DNA of 64,000 nucleotides from Chiloscyllium plagiosum (Eukaryota), in contig NC_057752.1 of the NCBI RefSeq assembly GCF_004010195.1, positions 7,347,785-7,411,784 of the forward strand, in the 5' to 3' direction. Every line of letters begins with the position of its first letter. The first letter of the stretch is position 1. The notes below the pieces were generated by a model. The model had not been told where the DNA came from and made no database searches. It was given only the letters and a program-made list of their open reading frames with translations. Position numbers and translations under genes: made by a program. Positions 13,315 through 25,370 of the stretch are shown piece after piece.

Positions 13315-14140
13315 TTATAGAGTCTTACATGGAAACAGACCCTTCGGTCCAACTCATCCGCGCCATCTAGACATCTCAATATGACCTAATCCCATTTGCC
13401 AGCATTTGGCCCATATCCCTTTAAACCCTTCCTATTCAAATACTGATCAAGATGCCTTTTAAATATTGTAATTGTACCAGCCTTCACCACTTCCTCTGGC
13501 AGCTTGCTTCATACACACATCACCCTCTGTATGAAAAGTTACTCCTCAGGTCATTTTAAAATCTTTCCCCTCTCACCTTAAACTTATGCCTTCTAGCTTT
13601 GTACTCACTCACCCTTGGAAAAAAAATGGCAATTTACCCTATCCATGCCCCTCATGATTTTATAAACCTCCATAAGATCACCCCTCAGCCTCCAACATTC
13701 CAGGGAAAAAAATGCCCCAGCCTATTCAGCATCTCCCTTTAACTCAAGCTGTCCAGTCCTGGCAACATCCCTGTAAATCTTTTCTGCACCCTCTCAAATT
13801 TTAACAACATCTTTCCTATAGCAGGGAGACCAGAACTGAATGTAGTATTCTAAATATGGCCTTACCAATGTCCTGTAAAGCTGCAACATAACATCCCAAT
13901 TTATATACTCAGTGTTATGACCAATGAAGGCAAGTGTGCCAAATGCCTTCTTCACTACCCTGTCTACCTGTGACTCCACTTTCAAGGAACTGGGCAGCTG
14001 TACCCCTAGGTTTCTTTATTTGGCAACAATCCCCAGGGCACTACCATTAACTGTATAAGTCCTGCCCTGATTTGCATTACCAAAATGCAAAACCTCACAT
14101 TTTTCTAAACTAAACTCCATCTGATCAAGGTCCCATTGCA
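13315..14140 (-). mobile_element. CR1 LINE 3' fragment
   Basis: ORF 13794..13985 LYRTLVRPYLEYYIQFWSPCYRKD; CR1 tail at 13315. Confidence 0.9.
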
Positions 14141-14164
14141 TTCTGAGGGGAAAAGCAACTGTTG

Positions 14165-14697
14165 TAACTCAAAGACGACTGTTGCAAACCAATTTCTTCA
14201 GGGGCATACATTTTCTTTCACTCGTCACCACTGAAGTAACTCCACAGAGGCCAGCATCCTGTCACCAAGTCACCCTTTATTTATATGTGCATAGTGTTTG
14301 ACACTGATCCAGCATCCTCAGAGCCAGCTCTCAGAGTGAACAGAACCTCTGACACTGTTTGTATCTGTCAGCCAGGACTACTTGATTCACCAGGTTAACA
14401 GCCCCAAGTAGGGATCTTGAATTCTATGATGTCAAAAAGTATGGCGCTGGAAAAGCACAGCCAGTAAGGCAGCAGCCATGGAGCAGGACAGTCGACGTTT
14501 CAAGCATAAGGTCATCATCACATTCCTGATAAAGAGCTTATGCTCGACACGTCAACTCTCCTGCTCCTTGGATGCTGCCTGACCGGCTGTGCTTTTCCAG
14601 CACCACACTATTTGACTCTGATCTCCAGCATCTGCAGACCTCACTTTCTCCTCATATTCTATGATGTCCAACTGGCTGGCCTCATTACAATGACTAC
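14165..14697 (-). mobile_element. 5' LTR plus PBS and leader of the 8976-11346 Gypsy family, split by a mini-PLE
   Basis: Reverse complement matches LTR 8976-9174, followed by tggtgacgag and a leader matching 9175-9240. Confidence 0.8.
14434..14655 (+). mobile_element. Fold-back mini Penelope-like element with 13-bp TSD
   Basis: 14437-14520 is an inverted copy of 14526-14610; TSD attctatgatgtc at 14421 and 14656; sequence matches the terminus of the PLE at 54288-54415. Confidence 0.8.
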
Positions 14698-14899
14698 ACT
14701 CAGCTCCAATAATTTATTCAGTGTCACTTCCCTGGTGAATGTAATTTTTTTGAGTTCCTCCTTCCCTCCCATTTCCTGATTAACAGCAATTTCTGCAAAG
14801 TTACTTGCATCCTCTACAGTGAAGAGTGATGCAAAAACCTGTTCAATTAATCTGCCATTGCCTTATTTTCCATTATTAAGTCCCAGCTTCACTTTTTAG

Positions 14900-15630
14900 A
14901 ATTAGATTTTATTGTCATGTATACTCAAGTGTTGGAATACACGAGTGCAGTGAAAAGTGTACAAAGTCACCATTCTCCAGAGCTATCTTGGTCACAAAAC
15001 TAGAATGAAAATAAAACAGAAAAACTAAAGAAAAACAGCCAAAGGTAAGAAAATGTCCATATCTTAAAGACTAAAATCTTATCTCTATAAAGGTGTTTGG
15101 AACGCTCAGCTCAGATGCAGGCATCTGAGCCTAGCCATGACCTGGAGTCGAGGTCAGTGTGTACGTCTCGCCTTGATTGCTGGAAGGAGCCATGTCATTG
15201 CTGCTGCTGACGCCACTGCACCCAATTGCAGGGACCACTGAGAAGCTGCTGCCATTACACGAAATGCCCATTCCCACTGCCAATGTTGTGCTGGTAGAAG
15301 CCTGGGAGGAATTGCGACCGCTGACTCTGCAATGGCCGGCTCCTGCTGCCGACGCCATGCTGCCACCTCCTGCAATCGCTAAGAGGAGGCTGGGAGGTCT
15401 CTGCCTCCAATTCCCCCGCCACCTCCGACTGCCAGGAGGCTGCTGCTATTCCACGAACAGACCACTCTTGCTACTGTTCCAATGCTGCTGAATCACCGCA
15501 AAAGGCTTAAAGAAAAAACAAAGAAAAAGAATCAAAAAGAAAAAGAGCAAACATGAAAAGAAGAAAAAAGAAAGCACATGGGAGTGGTTGAGCCCCGTGC
15601 TTAGTCCTGCTGCTCCACCGCCAACTTGAA
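14900..15630 (-). mobile_element. Probable non-autonomous LINE-derived element inserted in an old CR1
   Basis: 5' end caagttggcggtggagc (YY1-like motif), GC-rich body, tgacaataaa near the 3' end; possible TSD tcacttt. Confidence 0.4.
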
Positions 15631-15860
15631 GATGATAATCACTTTCTGTAGGTCCAATGCTTACTAACTCTTTGCTAACTCTCCTTTTATTTAAAAAGTC
15701 TATGGAAACTCTTACTATCTGCTTTTTTTTAGCTAGCTTTCTCAGCTAGCTTATCCCTTCTGAATAATATTTAGTCTTTATGCTTGTTCTAGCTGCTTGT
15801 CTGTTTAGCTAAGACATAAGTGTTGATTAAGGGAGCTTGATAGTGAAGCCTTCCATGACT

Positions 15861-18800
15861 CAAAGAACAAAGAACATGACCGTGCAGGAATAGGCCCTTT
15901 GGCCCTCCACGCCTGCACCAATTCATAACCTTTATCTAGATCTGCTGTCTATTTTCTAAGGATCTGTATCCCTTTGCTCCCTGCCCATTCATGTATCTGT
16001 CGAGATACATCTTAAATGACACTATCGTTCCCGCCCCTACTACCTCCACTGGCAATGCATTCCAGGCACCCAACACCCTCAGCATAAAGAACTTTTCACA
16101 TATATCTCCCCTAAAATTTTCCCCACTTACTTTGAACTCCTGACCCCTAGTAATTGAGTCCTCCACTCTGGGAAAAGTTTCTTGCTATCCACCCTGTCTA
16201 CACCTCTCGTGATTTTGTAGGGCTCAATCAGGTCCCCCCTCAACCACCTTCTTTACAATGAAAATAATCCTAACTTACTCAACCTCTCCTCATAGTTAGC
16301 ACGCTCCATACCAGGCAGTATCCTGGTGAACTCCTCTGCATCCTCTCCAAAGCATCCACATCCTTTCGGTAGTGTGGCGACCAGAACTATATGCAGTATT
16401 CCAAATGTGGCTGAACCAAAGTCTTATACAATTGTAACATGACCTGTCAACTCTTGTACTCAATACCCCGTCTGATGAAGGAAAGCATGCCATATGCCTT
16501 CTTGACCACTCTACTGACCTGTATTGCCACCTTCAGGGAACAATGGACCTGAACACCCAGATCTCTCTGTACATCAATCTTCCCCAGGACATTTCCATTT
16601 ACTGTATAGTTCACTCTGGAATTGCATCTTCCAAAATGCATCATCTTGCATTTTCCGGATTGAACTTTATCTGCCATTTCTCTGCCCAGCTCTCCAATCT
16701 GTCTATATTCTGCTGTATTCTCTGACAGTACCTTTCACTATCTGCTACTCAACCAATCTTAGTGTCATCTGCAAACTTGCTAATAGGCAACCTACACCTT
16801 CCTCCAAATCATTTATGTATATCACAAACAACAGTGGTCCCAGTGTGGATCCCTGTGGGAGACCACTGGTCACTGGTCTCCATTTTGAGAAGCTCCCTTC
16901 CACTACTACTTTCTGTCTCCCGGTGCCCAACCAGTTCTCTCTCAATCCAGCTAGAACACCCTGGACCCCATGCAACTTGACCTTCTTCATCAGCCTACCA
17001 TGGAAACCTTATCAAATGCTTACAAAAGTCCATTTATATTACATCTTTGCCCCTTCCCTCATCAAGCAATTTTGTCACCTCTTCAAAGAATTCTATTAGT
17101 TTTGTAAGACATGACCTTCCCTGCACAAAACCATGCTGCCTATCACTGATAAAGCCCATTTTCTTCTTCTCCAGTAGCTTCCCTATCACTGACGTCAGGC
17201 TCATAGGGCTGCAATTACCTGGATTATCCCTGCTCCCCTTCTTAAACAAAGGGGCAACATTAACAATTCTCCAGTCCTCTGGGACCTCCCCTGTTTTCAA
17301 GGATGCTGCAAAGATATCTGTTAAAGCTCCAGCTATTTCCTCTCTCGCTTCCCTCAATAACCTGGGGACTTGTCCACCTTAATGCCTTTAAGAATACACA
17401 ATACTTCCTCCCTCCTTATGTCAACTTGACCTAGAGTAATCAAAGATCCATCCCTAACCTCAACATCTGCCATTTTCCTCTCCTCGGTGAATACCGATAC
17501 AAAGTACCCATTAAGAATCTCACTCATTTTCTTTGACTCCGCTCATATCTTTCCTCCTTTATCCTTGATTGGGCCAACCCTTTCCCTCATTACCCTCTTG
17601 CTCCTTATATAAGAATAAAAGGCTTTGGGGTTTTCCTTAATCTTGCTTGCTAAGGATATCTCATGATCTCTTTTAACCTCTTAATACCTCATTTCAGATT
17701 AGTCCTACATCCCCGATATTCTTCCAAAGCTTTGTCTGACTTCAGTTGCTTAGAGCTTATGTATGCATCCTTTTCCTCTTAGCTAGACTCACAATTTCAC
17801 CTTCATTCATGGTTCCCTGATCTTACCATTTCTAACCCTCATTTTCACAGGAACATATTTCTTCTGAACTCTAATCAACCTCTCTTTAAAGGCCTCCCAT
17901 ATATCGAATGTGGTTTCCCTTCAAACAGCTGCTCCCAATCTACATTCCCCAGCTCCTGCTGAATTTTGGTCTAGTTGGCCTTCCCCCACTTTAGCACTCT
18001 TCCTCTAGGACCACTCTCGTCTTTGTCCATGAGTATCGTAAAACCTATGGAATTGTGATCACTATACCCAAAGTAATCCCCCACTGAAACTTCAACCACC
18101 TGACCAAGCTCATTTCTTAACACCAGGTCTAGTATGGCCCCTTCACGAGTTGGACTGCATACATATTGGTCTAGAAAACCCTCCTGGAAGCTCCATACAA
18201 ATTCTGCTCCATCCAGACCTCTAACACTAAGTGAATCCCAGTCAATGCTGGGAAAATTAAAATCTCCTATCACCACCACCCTGTTGCTCTTACGTCTTTC
18301 TATGATCTCTCTACATATTTGTACCTCTATCTCACGTTCACTGTTGGGAGGCCTATAGTACAGCCCCAACATTGTTACCGCACCCTTCCTATTTCTGCGC
18401 TCTGCCCATATTGCCTCACTGCTTGAGTCCTCCATAGTGCCCTCCTTCAGCACAGCTGTGATATTTTCTTTGACCAGTAATGCAACTCCTCCACCCCTTT
18501 TACCTCCCCTTCTATCCCAGTTGAAGCATCGATATCCTGGGACGTTTAGTTGCCAATCATGCCCTTCCCTCAACCAAGTCTCAGTAATAGCAACAACATC
18601 ATATTCCCAGGTACTAATCCAAGCCCTAAGTTCATCTGCCTTACCTACTATACTTCTTGCATTAAAACAAATACACCTCAGACCACCAGTCCCTTTGCAT
18701 TCATCCGCCACTCCCAGCCTACTCTTCCCCTTAGTCATGCTGACTTCATTATCTAGTTCCTTATAGGCTTTAATTGCTACTTCCTTCCTGTGCACTAACC

Positions 18801-20120
18801 TCCTCAGTTGGTTCCCACCCCCTTGCCACATTAGTTTAAACCCTCCCCAACAGCATTAGCAAAAGCATCCCCAAGGACATTGGTTCCAGTCCGGCCCAGG
18901 TGTAGACCATCCAATTTGTAATAGTCCCACCTCCCCCAGAACCAGTCCCAATGTTCCAAAAATCTGAACCCCTCCCTTCTGCACTATCTTTCAAGCCATG
19001 CATTCATCCTGAATACTCTATCATTCCTATTCTGACTCACACATGGCACTGGTAACAATCTTAAGATTACTACCTCTGAGGTCCTACTTTTTAACTTGGT
19101 TCCTAGCTCCCTGAATTCTTCTTGTAAGACCTCATCCTGTTTTTTACCTATATCATTGGTGCCTACATGCACCATGACAACTGGCTGTTTACCCTCCCCC
19201 TTGAGAATTTTCTGCAGTCAATCTGAGACATCCCTGACCCGTGCACCTAGGAGGCAACATACCATTTGGGAGTCTCGTTTTCGACCACTTACAATTGAAT
19301 CCCCTATGACTATAGCCCTTCCACTCTTTTTCCCATCCTTCTGTACAGCAGAGCCAGCCATGGTGACATAGATTTGGCCACTGCTGCCCTCCCCTGGTGA
19401 GCCATCTCCCCCAACAGTATCCAAAATGGTATACCTGTTTTGGAGGGAGATGACCACAGGGGACACCTGCATTGCCTTCCTGCTCTTTCTCTGCCTCTTG
19501 GTCACCCATTCCCTTTCCCCCTCAGCAATCCTAATCTGCAGTGTGACCAATTCACTAAATGCGCTATCCACCCTCAACATTGCGTATGCTCCAAAGTGAG
19601 TCCACCCGCAGCTCCAGAGCAGTCATGTGGTCTAACAAAAGCTGCAACTGGACACACTTCTTGCACATGAAGGAGCTAGGGACATCAGCTGTGTCCCTGA
19701 GCTCCCACATTGAGCAAGAGGAGCACAACATGGCTCTGAGATCTCCTGCCATTTTTAATCTTAAGTTTTACCTAAGTTGAGACTAAAGTTCCAAAAAAGG
19801 AAAGAGAAGTTTCTTTTACTAACTTAACTTAGTAAACTCCTTACCCTATCAACACACCACAGAGTCCTTTTTTTTGGTTAGAGGAGGAGGGGGGTGTGGG
19901 AGACACTACACGGGTAGTGTCTCGGGTTCAGCCATTGCCCGAATATAGCAGCTTTTTAAATAGTTTGTTTACCTTCCCAGCAGCCCCCTGGTCCTCATTC
20001 TCCCGTCCTCGCTGCAATTAAAATGGAGGCCGCAGACGTCCAAGGGGCATTTTTTAAACGTTTTGCTTACCTTCCCGGCAGCCCCCTGGTCCTTGTTCTC
20101 TCTGCCCTCGTCACAATTAA
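15861..20120 (-). mobile_element. Near full-length CR1 LINE (ORF1 zinc finger + SGNH esterase; ORF2 APE endonuclease + RT), disrupted
   Basis: ORF1 [77 protein letters not shown]; (ttctttg)n tail at 15861. Confidence 0.95.
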
Positions 20121-20122
20121 AA
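19950..20122. repeat. Two ~97-bp tandem units in the CR1 5' UTR
   Basis: ttaccttccc(a/g)gcagccccctggtcct...caattaaaa occurs at ~19968 and ~20067. Confidence 0.8.
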
Positions 20123-20296
20123 AAAATTAAAACGTACAAAATTAATTGAATTCCAGCATAAAAATAAATGATTTATATTATGACAGCAGCCAGCATTTTT
20201 AAGATCAAAGCATTGACTTCTGTCTTGATCATATTTGAAGATATAACACTCCAGTTTAAAGTGGACTTGAGATTAAGTCACACATCTCTGAAGCTA

Positions 20297-20402
20297 TTTT
20301 TCTAATCAACCTGTTTAGCGATATCATTACACCTTTGGAGCAGGTGGCACTTGAACCCTGGCCTCTCAGTCCAGGGATAGGGATACTACTGCTGCACCAT
20401 AA
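20297..20402 (-). mobile_element. Short tRNA-derived SINE or tRNA-like pseudogene
   Basis: Reverse complement tggtgcagcagtag (A box) ... gggttcaagtgccacctgctcca (B box); cloverleaf is decayed. Confidence 0.55.
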
Positions 20403-20874
20403 AAGGGCCCCCAGCACACATCCCTGAAAGGAGCAGGAGCCTGATTCAAATCAGTACAGATATATAAATTGGTTTGTATACACAGTAACTAAAGTTGCAA
20501 CATTTAAGTGAATGCCAACAAAATTCTGCAGTTGATTATCACATAATATTGCTGTTTTAATGGCATACTTTAGCAATGCATTCTCATAAGTTTACAAATT
20601 CAAATGAAAATTTCTTGCAATATTCCTCACTAGGTGGCTCCATAAAACCAGAGAACTGAAACAGTTTCAATTAAATTTATCCCAACTACTCATGGATGCT
20701 CTTTGCAGCTTTTTTCAAGTACCACAGATTTTTGCAAACTCGCTGACGTCTATTCACTTAAAAGTCTTTGCTAGGGAAGAGCTAGCTTACCACTAAACCA
20801 AACAGAATAACACAACAGGATCAATACTAACCTCCTCCTCTGTTAAAATGATAAAGAAATTCCAATGTCTTTCA

Positions 20875-20976
20875 GTTCTGAAGAGGTCATACCAGACTCA
20901 AAATCTTAATTGTTTCTCTCTCCACAGATGCTGCTAGACCTGCTGAGTTTCTCCAGCATTCTCTATATTTGTTTCA
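20875..20976 (+). mobile_element. Short Penelope-derived terminal fragment
   Basis: ctgaagaggtcataccagactcaaaa...cagatgctgctagacctgctgagtttctccagc; same family as 12668-12802. Confidence 0.6.
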
Positions 20977-20979
20977 ATA

Positions 20980-21122
20980 TTAACCTGACTGGACAATATG
21001 GGATCAGGTGCAATACTGGTATAGCATTCTGACCCATGTAAGTCTCCATTGAAATCAGTGGTGACTAATAAATCCATTATTGCATCCAATCCTGTTAATT
21101 TCCTGATGGCAGTTTAGGTTAA
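20980..21122. mobile_element. Small old palindromic MITE-like element
   Basis: ttaacctgactg / cagtttaggttaa ends; ggtgcaata / tattgcatc; central gtctccattga-aa-tcagtggtgac hairpin. Confidence 0.5.
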
Positions 21123-21741
21123 TTTGCAACATTTCTATAGGCGAAAATTTGAAGCCTTCAAATGCATATTTTACATTAGTTCAGTTCAGACTACATGTTG
21201 CGTCCATGGCTTATTCAAGGGGACAGTTCTCTTCAATTATTTTAAAGTGACAATTTATCATGCTATCTGGGCAAGTTAGCCCAGTATAGTACTGTTCAAT
21301 ATACAGTACTACAATATTTAGTAGTAAACCGACATTGTCTTAAAATGGTTTTATTTGTCTATATTAGCTTTATGAGCAATTGTTTTCTCTAAAAATAAAA
21401 CTGATGGGCAGATAGGACAGGCCCATTTGACAGCCCCAGAATAGACATACCCCACAGACATAATGTGCTACTGATAGGCTAAGTAAGTGCCACTCCATGT
21501 AAGGTAGTTCCACTCTCTGGAGCTGTGACCAAACAGATTAGCCAGCAGTCCCAGTAGTACCAAAATTAGACAGTGATCACTGCTGTGACTGCAGGAAGTG
21601 CCAAGAAGAAGGCACAATAAAATCCTGGATCTAGGGGTTTTGGGTGGGGAGTGTTTTGCCACCTAAGGGAGAGGGTTGGAGGGATAGATTTTAAGGTCTA
21701 TTTGTGAAGGAAAGGGGGTACTATCTTTGGGATGATGCCAC

Positions 21742-22674
21742 TGTGACAATACTATGGCTTTCAGAGGTATATTTTGTCCTTTTTTTATGAAGAAAGGTTG
21801 AGACAGAGATATTGAGCAGTCTGCTCCAAAGCCAATGAAGTAAATAGATTATGAAGCTTTGGGTTTTTTAAAGTTGGAACAATAGAGGCAGTCTGATGGA
21901 TGGGGTGAAGCTCCCACAGAACCAGGATTGTTTTTAAGTTTCAGTTTTTCAGTAGCAGTTGCTACTAGGATCTTGCAGCTGGATGTGGAAGCTGTTTTCC
22001 TCTCTCTGTTATAACTAAAAGGTGGGGTTCTCCTCCTGCTGCCAGAATTGCATGTGAGACGTTCTGTTTTGCCAAGTGTGTGTTTATGGGATATTACTAT
22101 ATTGGAACAGTTACTGTTTAGTAGTTAAATAATCTATTATTCTGTTAAGTTTTCCAATTTCTTTTTTCTTTAGAATCATAGAATCCCTACAGTGTGGAAG
22201 CAGGCCATTTGGCCCATTAGGTCACACCGACCCTCTGAAGAGAGTCCCACCCAGACCCATCCCCCACCCCATCCCTGTAATCCTGCATTTCCCATAGCTA
22301 ATCCACCCAGCTTGCACAACCCCAGACACTATGGGCAATTTAGCATGGCCAATTCACCGAACATGCACATCTTTAGATTGTGGGAGGAAATCGGAGTGCT
22401 TGGAGCAAACCCACACAGACATGGGGAGAATGTGCAAACTCCACGCAGACAGTCGCCCAAAGGTGAGATTGAACCTAAATCTCTGGCATGTGAGTCACCT
22501 TGTTGTCTTTTAACTGTAGTGTATGAATAAAGTGTGTTCTGCTTCAAGATTAATAGTTTGACGAATTGTATTGCTTGTGGAATGTAATGCCTGGCACTTA
22601 GCTTGAAAATAAGAAAAAGTTAGGGTTTAGACTATTTTCTAAATATTTTGAGGGATTTGGTCTGGTCCATATCA
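21742..22674 (+). mobile_element. Solo LTR (Gmr1-like family) with 4-bp TSD ccac
   Basis: TGtgacaat...ggtctggtccatatCA; ccac at 21738-21741 and 22675-22678; similar to 4252-4908. Confidence 0.85.
22171..22495 (-). mobile_element. HE1-type SINE inside the solo LTR
   Basis: Matches the reverse complement of 61006-61313. Confidence 0.85.
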
Positions 22675-23884
22675 CCACCGATGTACAAAACACACTCCTG
22701 AAGATAGTATTCCTCTTCTGCCATTTGAAAATTGTTTTTAAACAAAATTTGCCCACTTATGCCCTCCGCAACACGTTATAGTGTGGACAGTGTCAGCTTT
22801 TAACAAATTCAGTTGAGCCTTAATTGTTTATTTCTATATAGTGACTGGGCTGCCAATTTCAGTACCCATGCAGCTGACTCAGGGGTCAGTGGGAAGGCAA
22901 TCAGCTGGCATCTGCCCTCTTTTGCATCCAACCCCCGACCCCCATCAAAAACATATACAGTATATGTAATATCCAGTCTGATGGATCTGAACAGTTCTGG
23001 TTTCTAAGTCCCATCAATCTGCTAGAAATGGGAAGCAATATATTTCCTTGTACATACATAGCACTGTTTTCCAATTGTTGCCATAAGTTTTCAGTTATTC
23101 TTTTGGTGGACAACTGTGGGTCTCTTTTTCTTGGTTTGAAACGCATCTGACCCACTGGGGTTGACTTTAACCCACAGCAGGTTCCAAATAGGCATGAGTG
23201 ATAATGAACACAAAATAATATATTGTGAGTATTTTAACTCCTGGCCCTCATTTGTATACCATCAGATTGCAGTCTGCTTAAAGTGGATAGAAAGTGACAC
23301 TGAGTGAGGGAGTGAGGGAGAAGAGGTTCAAGCAGCCCAAAGCTGTCAGTCTGTACCAATGGAAGGCTAACTGACAAGTGGTTAAATGTGAGAAGAAGTT
23401 TCAGATGCAGCTTGTCAGAGGGTAATAAGAGTTTGTCTAAGGCAGAGAAAGCCACAAATTTCACCATGGAGCTGGAAGAGCACTGTTGCCTTTCCTGAAT
23501 CCGTAAAAAAAACTTACTTTCTTTGTGGAGGCTTTTTTTCCCCCATCCCTACAACTGCTGACCTGTTTTCACCATATGCAAAAATTGCACCTATTTTGAT
23601 TCAAATTTAAAATCAGTTAGGCTTCCGTTCCATTGATTCCATTTCCTTGTATGGAAATATCTCGCTGCTCAATACTTGCAGATTAATGGGACTTAGAAAC
23701 CAGAACTGTACAGAGCCATCAGATTGGTTTTACTGGATATGTTTTTGGTGGTGGTGGGGATGGGTTTGGATGTAAGAGAGGACAGATGCCCAGCTCACCA
23801 CCTTCCCACTGACCCCTGAGAGAGCTTCATAATAGGAAGGATACATGGGTGCTGAAATTGGCAACCCAGCCACAATATAGAAAT

Positions 23885-24494
23885 GATGTGGAGGTGCTGG
23901 TGTTGGACTGGGGTGGACAAAGTTAAAGATCACACAACACCAGGTTATTGTCCAACAGATTTATTTGGAAGTACTAGCTTTCGGAGCGCTGCTCCTTCAT
24001 CAGGTACCTAGTGGGGCAGGATCATAGGACACAGAATTTATAGAAAAAGATCAGTGCTGTACAACTGATGCAATGTATTGAAAAAAACCTAGATTGCTGT
24101 AAAGTCTTTAATCACTTAGAATGGGGTTGCAGGTTTCGATTCATTAATATATAAATCCCAAAACTTCTTTCAAGTCACATTCCCAAGATAACTTAAGGTT
24201 TTATAAAAAGAAAATGACATCTCAGCTCAGACAATGCTTTAAAGGTGTGAGGTTAGAGTCTATCTGTATCCCAACCTTGAGTCAGACTGGTGTCAGAACC
24301 AGTCTATATGGGTTAACAGCAATCTAGATTTGTTCCTTACATCGCATCAGTTGTATGACACTTTGATCTTTTTCTATAAATTCTGTGTCCTATGATTCTG
24401 CCCCACTAGCTACCTGATGAAGGCACAGCGCTTCGAAAGCTTGCCCTTCAAATAAACCTGTTGGACTATAACCTGGCGTCGTGTGATTTTTAAC
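23885..24494. mobile_element. Fold-back Penelope-like remnant (inverted terminal repeats 23921-24102 / 24312-24494)
   Basis: ~180-bp inverted copies, each with a CTGATGA..GAAA core; imperfect TSD caatatagaaa / caaaatagaga. Confidence 0.8.
23968..24003 (-). ncRNA. Minimal hammerhead ribozyme-like motif (PLE-associated)
   Basis: CUGAUGA-A-GGAGC-agc-GCUCC-GAAA-gcuaguacUUC: intact core and perfect 5-bp stem II; stem I not evident. Confidence 0.6.
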
Positions 24495-24989
24495 AAAATA
24501 GAGAAAAAAAAAATTGTCTCAACTGAGCTTGTTAAAAGCCCACACTGCCCACACCATAACATGGCTCGCATGGGTTGGGGAGAGTATGAATGGGCAGCAT
24601 GTATTTTTAAAAGAGATTTTCAAATGGCAGAAGGAAAGAGAAGTCCTATCTTCAGGGATGCCTTTTGTGCATCGGTGGTACCACCCAGAGATGTTGCTTT
24701 CTTTCCTACATGCATGGATCTTAAAATCTGTCCCTCCAAACATGGGCCTTTGGTGGCAAAACCCTTCCTGCCCAAAACGAGGATTTGATTTGCATTCATT
24801 CTCAGGACTATCTAGTTTGGTTAGGTGTCCCAGCTACCTAGAGTGAGCAGTACAAATGTTGAGCTGAATAATTCCAGCAGGTGGGGATGAGTATGGCAGA
24901 GTCCTCAATTTTAGAACCCTTGCTTGTTAATTTATGCAGACAAGTTTGAATCTTCAAGGATTATTAGGATGTAGTCAATAATTTCCCCT

Positions 24990-25370
24990 ATTCCACCAGT
25001 GAAAGCTTTGTCTGCCTGTAGTGGTGTACTCTCTGCAGGATGCAATGCATCAACTTGCCAAAGTTTCTTCAACAGTACCACACAAGCACACATTTTCCAC
25101 CACCCAGAACGACAATAGTAGCAAGTGAATAGGAATATCACCAACTCCGAAGTCCCTTTCAAGTCACACCTTACCGAGATTTGGAAGTGTGTTGCTTTTC
25201 TTACATTGTTGCTGAGCCAAAATGTTGAAAATCCCTCCATATCAGCATTGTGGGGGCATCATCATGATGCAGATTGCAGAGGTTCAAGAAGACCCACAAC
25301 CACTCCGTCAGGGCAACTGGGGATCAGCACTAATGCTGTTCTTCCAGCATTACCCATATTCCAATAATTA
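24990..25370 (+). mobile_element. Old LINE 3' end, same family as 39540-41578
   Basis: Similar to 41200-41575 (gggcaactggggat...tgctg...cccatattcc). Confidence 0.6.

Larger units (their letters stand above)
21601..24806. repeat. Long degenerate inverted repeat (arms ~21601-21741 + 22675-23047 and ~23653-23885 + 24494-24806)
   Basis: Collinear reverse-complement matches, e.g. cagttctggtttctaagtcccat / atgggacttagaaaccagaactg; ttctgccatttgaaaat / attttcaaatggcagaa; ttggagggatagattttaag / cttaaaatctgtccctccaa. Confidence 0.85.

Noticed and set aside
15131..15491. GC-rich overlapping ORFs as a host gene
   Set aside because: Low-complexity Ala/Pro/Ser frames within a probable repeat; no recognisable domain.
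16524..17382. Long plus-strand ORFs
   Set aside because: Antisense shadows of the CR1 RT on the minus strand.
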